This document shows positions 63,065 through 64,000 of a stretch of DNA of 64,000 nucleotides, in pieces. The notes beneath the pieces were generated by a model that saw nothing but the letters and a program-made list of their open reading frames with translations, searched no databases and was not told the DNA's origin. Numbering within the stretch: the first letter of the stretch is position 1; every line of letters begins with the position of its first letter. Made by a program: the position numbers and the translations under genes. The DNA is from Eledone cirrhosa (taxonomy: Eukaryota): NCBI GenBank assembly GCA_964016885.1, contig OZ024740.1:349122001-349186000 (forward strand). The letters are read 5' to 3'.

Positions 63065-64000
63065 ACTTAAATAACCAAAATCTTGAAAGGCTACGGAAAA
63101 ACAGAAAATCTTTTAGTGAACCGGGTCAAAAAATAACGTACGAATACAATCTTAAAGTTGTAAATTTTCTAGATGTAACTCTTAATTTGAATACTGGACT
63201 GATACGACCCTTCCACAAGATAAATGAGAACCTTACCTATATTAATTTTAACTCGAATCACCCACTTTCCATGATCAAATCGGTTCCCCGTAGTATTTCT
63301 CTCAGAATCTGTCGCCTATCGTCTAACTCTGAGATTTTCAGTGAACATGGAATGCAGACCACCGGGATAAAATAGAATACATTGATAAGAATCTCCATAA
63401 CACACATAGCTACACACGAAATCAAAGAATATGTAACCGGGGTACAGAAATACAAGCGCACACACGCAGTACCACCAGACATACTAGTAATGGAAAATTA
63501 TCACCAAACTCAAATAAATTACGTTGTAGAAAGTATATCTTGTATAATCCCATTTTAATGCTTCGATTAGTACAAAACTATCTCTTACATTCTTTAAGTT
63601 AATTAACAAGTATTTCCCTAGTTCCCATAAATACAGTAAGATTCTAAACTCTAAGACTATTAAGCTATCATACTCCACTGCACCAAACCTTGAAGCATAC
63701 ATAAAAAGGCTTAACTTAAAGCAATTATTAAACAACACTACAAAACAAAATATTTTAGTAACAGATGAGCATAACGTAATATAGTCCTCCCAACCACCAA
63801 ATGGGAGACGGGTATTACACAACCCACCTGAACTGTTATCCCAACCTATCCATGGTATACCTGCTACCCACAACAAAAACTGCAACTGCCACCTACCCGA
63901 AAGATGCCCATTGAAGAATAAATGCCTAGAGTCCAACATTGTTTATCAATGCACTGTCGAATCGAACGACCAGAAATGGTATTACATCGGGTCTACCACT
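63065..64000 (+). mobile_element. Penelope-like element: RT C-terminus, linker and start of GIY-YIG endonuclease (degenerate, runs off the window)
   Basis: VNFLDVTLNLNTG...YINFNSNHP...SISLRICRLSSN, then LINKYFP..HKYSKILN..TIKLSYS, then CNC....CPL...C...NIVYQC...YYIGST. Confidence 0.82.

Overview
This is AT-rich, microsatellite-laden animal DNA. It is most consistent with an octopod cephalopod, inferred from an abundant tRNA-headed SINE plus a tandem IL-17 array. Bases ~1-47,200 hold a minus-strand tandem cluster of interleukin-17-like cytokine genes. Five copies look intact (the first is cut by the window edge), each with a 12-15 nt coding micro-exon, a phase-0 GT-AG intron and one large exon carrying the signal peptide and cystine-knot domain. 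The cluster also has a deleted pseudogene, two gene-less 'ghost' units, a shared promoter module and a recent ~33.8 kb-offset segmental duplication. Spacers and introns contain SINEs, non-autonomous Helitrons, LINE fragments and several Penelope-type foldbacks carrying type I hammerhead-ribozyme motifs, including an apparently complete motif in the intron of two IL-17 genes. Bases ~47,360-62,070 are a nest of microsatellite-associated non-LTR retrotransposons: L1/Tx1-like elements on + and R4/Dong-like elements on -, meeting tail-to-tail at (ATT)n tracts. A Penelope-like RT/GIY-YIG fragment runs off the right edge. All alignments and folds were done by eye.
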